This document shows positions 54,155-56,372 of a stretch of DNA of 56,372 nt, one piece after another. Both the position numbers and the translations under genes were made by a program. Each line of letters begins with the position of its first letter. Position 1 is the stretch's first letter. This DNA comes from Craspedostauros australis. Lineage: Eukaryota. Below the pieces are notes generated by a model that searched no databases, was not told where the DNA came from, and saw only the letters and a list, made by a program, of their open reading frames with translations. The stretch lies in contig JALAGF010006230.1 in NCBI GenBank assembly GCA_030167865.1, forward strand, positions 1-56,372, in the 5' to 3' direction.

Positions 54155-55801
54155 TCAACTCCCTCCCTCTCTTTCACATTCACATACGTACACCCATCGC
54201 CACCGCCATTCCATCCAAACCGACCTACCTTGATGTTCCCATTCGATTCCATCCGCACCGACGATGCGCACAGAGCACGCCGTCACCTTGCTCCCGAAGT
54301 TGCCTTGCCAGAATCGCTCATCCTTGCCGTAGACGGCCATGTTGACGTGAGTTGCGTTGTGCGGGATGATGTCAAATGTCAACGTGGCCGTCTCCCAAAA
54401 ATCAGATGGTGCACGCAGCAGACCAGTCTGTTTGGATTGGAGGACCGCACCGCGTTGATTCAGCAGCTGCGCTTGCAACACAAACACGGACGGGCAGTCC
54501 GTGCGCGCCATGTAGTGGCAACCGACCTCGATGCAGATGGCATTTCGCTGTGCCGCTGCTGCTGGAGGCAATGGGACAGCTTGCTCCATGGCGCACCATT
54601 GAAAGCTGCTGACAAAGTTGGTCCTCGTTGCGGGGTCGAGAGGGATCTCCGACTGCTCGACGTGCCACATTGGAGGCGATCGCTGCTGCGCGCGTCCGGC
54701 CGTTGCTGCGGATGTGAGTGCTTGCCATCCACGTAGTCCGTACTCGCCAGACGGGTTGTAGATGAGGTTTGGAGATCGCCGATGTTGATCTTGTTGCTCC
54801 CGTTGGGCTGATGCTGTCGTTTGATCCCTCGATACACACCAAGCGCAATGATACACCTGTTCACAATCCGGCGTGGCTCCATTCGTGTGATGCTGTTGGT
54901 GTCGAGGCTTCGGAAAGCAGCAATCGGAGCCAGCACAAGGAATGGGTTGCAACGGTGCCGATTCACGCCGCCGCACCCGCCTGGTGTTTCGGTCGTGGCA
55001 GCTGGTGCAGAAGTGCACAGTCCCATAACAGACGAAGGACGATGGCTGGCAGCAATACCGACATTTCCACACATGGAAGCCTCGGTGCTGTTGAGGGTGG
55101 TCGCAGAGCATGCGGCGTTGCCTGCGTTGCGGGCCTTCTTGCTGCTGTTGTTGATCCTGCTGTTGTTGAAGTTGTGGCGAACAGGACGTGCAGAACCGAT
55201 CATTGGATGCCTGCCTTTCGCCATCTCGTTGATCAGCGCACTCGACGGTGCCGCCGAAGTACGGTTCCTGACATGAAGCGCACAGATAGAACGCGTACGT
55301 GCGTTGACCGAGCTCAATGAGGTCCTGCCTTGTCAGCTGCTTCTGGTGATGGCTCCCGCTTCTGCCAGCACGCGTATTGCCGGATACGGCTTGCTTCCAT
55401 TCCTTGGGACGATCCACCTGCAATTGCTCCACCACCAGCTGATGCACCTGTTCACGCAGCGCATCCGTCTTTCGAGTGAGGTGATCCAACTCCGGGTGAT
55501 CGCAGTAGTCACCGCATTTGGCACAGCGGCAACCGTGGAACAGCAAGCGTCTGGATGTGTCTGGTTGCGCATGCCGCAGCTGGTCCTTGAGGCAATGCAG
55601 ATGCCAGCGATGCCCGCAGGACAACGTGATCGTCTCATGATCCTTCAGATCCGACAGGCAGATCGCGCACTCCGTGGACTGGTCCTCAAATCGCGCGGTG
55701 TTCCGGTCTTCGGAAGCGGTGGATGGCGATTGGCGATCATCCTCCTTCTCCTCTTCCTTCTTCTGCTGCTGCCGCTGCTGTGCTGGTGTCATTGTGACCA
55801 T
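54155..55801 (-). CDS. RING-H2 + MYCBP2-type tandem-cysteine (RCR) E3 ligase fused to C-terminal FBA domain
   Basis: CAIC...LSCGHRWHLHC...CAKC RING; YAFYLCASCQEPYFGGTVEC, KCRYCC...FVCYGTVHFCTSCH (TC domain); NLIYNPSG..GW, FVSSFQWC, ARTDC, GKDERFWQGNFGSKV (FBA). First in-frame ATG 55801; the extreme 3' end may be spliced near 54230. Confidence 0.85.
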   Translation of the reverse strand: MVTMTPAQQRQQQKKEEEKEDDRQSPSTASEDRNTARFEDQSTECAICLSDLKDHETITLSCGHRWHLHCLKDQLRHAQPDTSRRLLFHGCRCAKCGDYCDHPELDHLTRKTDALREQVHQLVVEQLQVDRPKEWKQAVSGNTRAGRSGSHHQKQLTRQDLIELGQRTYAFYLCASCQEPYFGGTVECADQRDGERQASNDRFCTSCSPQLQQQQDQQQQQEGPQRRQRRMLCDHPQQHRGFHVWKCRYCCQPSSFVCYGTVHFCTSCHDRNTRRVRRRESAPLQPIPCAGSDCCFPKPRHQQHHTNGATPDCEQVYHCAWCVSRDQTTASAQREQQDQHRRSPNLIYNPSGEYGLRGWQALTSAATAGRAQQRSPPMWHVEQSEIPLDPATRTNFVSSFQWCAMEQAVPLPPAAAAQRNAICIEVGCHYMARTDCPSVFVLQAQLLNQRGAVLQSKQTGLLRAPSDFWETATLTFDIIPHNATHVNMAVYGKDERFWQGNFGSKVTACSVRIVGADGIEWEHQGRSVWMEWRWRWVYVCECEREGGS

Positions 55802-56070
55802 CGCTGTCTTGGTCTTGCGTTTGATCTCTCTTGATCTTCCATGTTGTGAGACTTGTTGCCCTTCCTCACATCTTTGCTTCCACGAACGTGTCAGCAAGGC
55901 ACGGGAAAAACGTTGAAACACAACTTCGAGCGTCTTCGACTACTACGACCATTTGTCGCGAACAGCTGAATCGATATTGCTGCTCGACTCAATCGATTGT
56001 TTTCATTGGTTTGAGGATAACGCCTTTAACGCCAATATTTTAAAAAGCGAACTCCAACTACAGTCAACTG

Positions 56071-56230
56071 ATTCAATGAAACTAACAGCGATTCAATGAA
56101 ACTAACAGCGATTCAATGAAACTAATAACGATTCAATGAAACTAATGACGTTTCAATGAAACTAATGATGTTTCAATGAAACTAATGATGTCTCAATGAA
56201 ACTAATGACGTCTCAATGAAACTAATGCTG
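56071..56230. repeat. Tandem array, 8 x 20 bp, invariant core TCAATGAAACTAA
   Basis: Units start at 56071, 56091 ... 56211; no spacers. Confidence 0.95.
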
Positions 56231-56372
56231 GACCAAGACTGAATGAGGAAAACAAGACTCAGAAAATCGTGTCAAGACTCAACGTCATCCACTGCAACGG
56301 AACGCAATGAATCACTGTTCCAAAACAATGACAACATGATGAACATCAACACGCAGCCAAGCACTCGCCATC

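Noticed and set aside
56071..56230. CRISPR-like appearance of the 20-bp array
   Set aside because: No unique spacers, no cas genes, eukaryotic context; it is a minisatellite.

Overview
Eukaryotic genomic scaffold, most likely a diatom (short GT-AG introns, bipartite organelle-targeting presequence, diatom-type LRR and Cys-rich membrane proteins). Bases 1-~12,000 are a nested transposon graveyard with two N-gaps. It holds a decayed DIRS-like retroelement interrupted by a 521-bp TSD-flanked insertion, three copies of an ~810-bp TG...CA solo-LTR-like repeat, a piggyBac transposase split into two halves in swapped order around an intact GT8 glycosyltransferase gene, a second divergent transposase-like pseudogene, and a LINE 3' end. 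A decaying ankyrin-BTB gene follows. Bases ~15,000-56,000 are ordinary gene-dense sequence: Cys-repeat membrane protein, type I asparaginase, LamG-like membrane protein, CDC5, three LRR membrane proteins, two identical tRNA-Leu(AAG), REX1-B, a CaMK-like kinase, a BCS1-like AAA ATPase, a signal-peptide-bearing Cdc48 (SELMA type), and a RING-Cys-relay E3 ligase fused to an FBA glycan-binding domain, then a 20-bp tandem array. Best leads: (1) the MYCBP2-type RCR E3 / FBA lectin fusion with both catalytic cysteines retained; (2) the circularly permuted, LTR-bounded 5.1-kb unit carrying a host gene. All domain calls come from motif recognition by eye; no searches were run.
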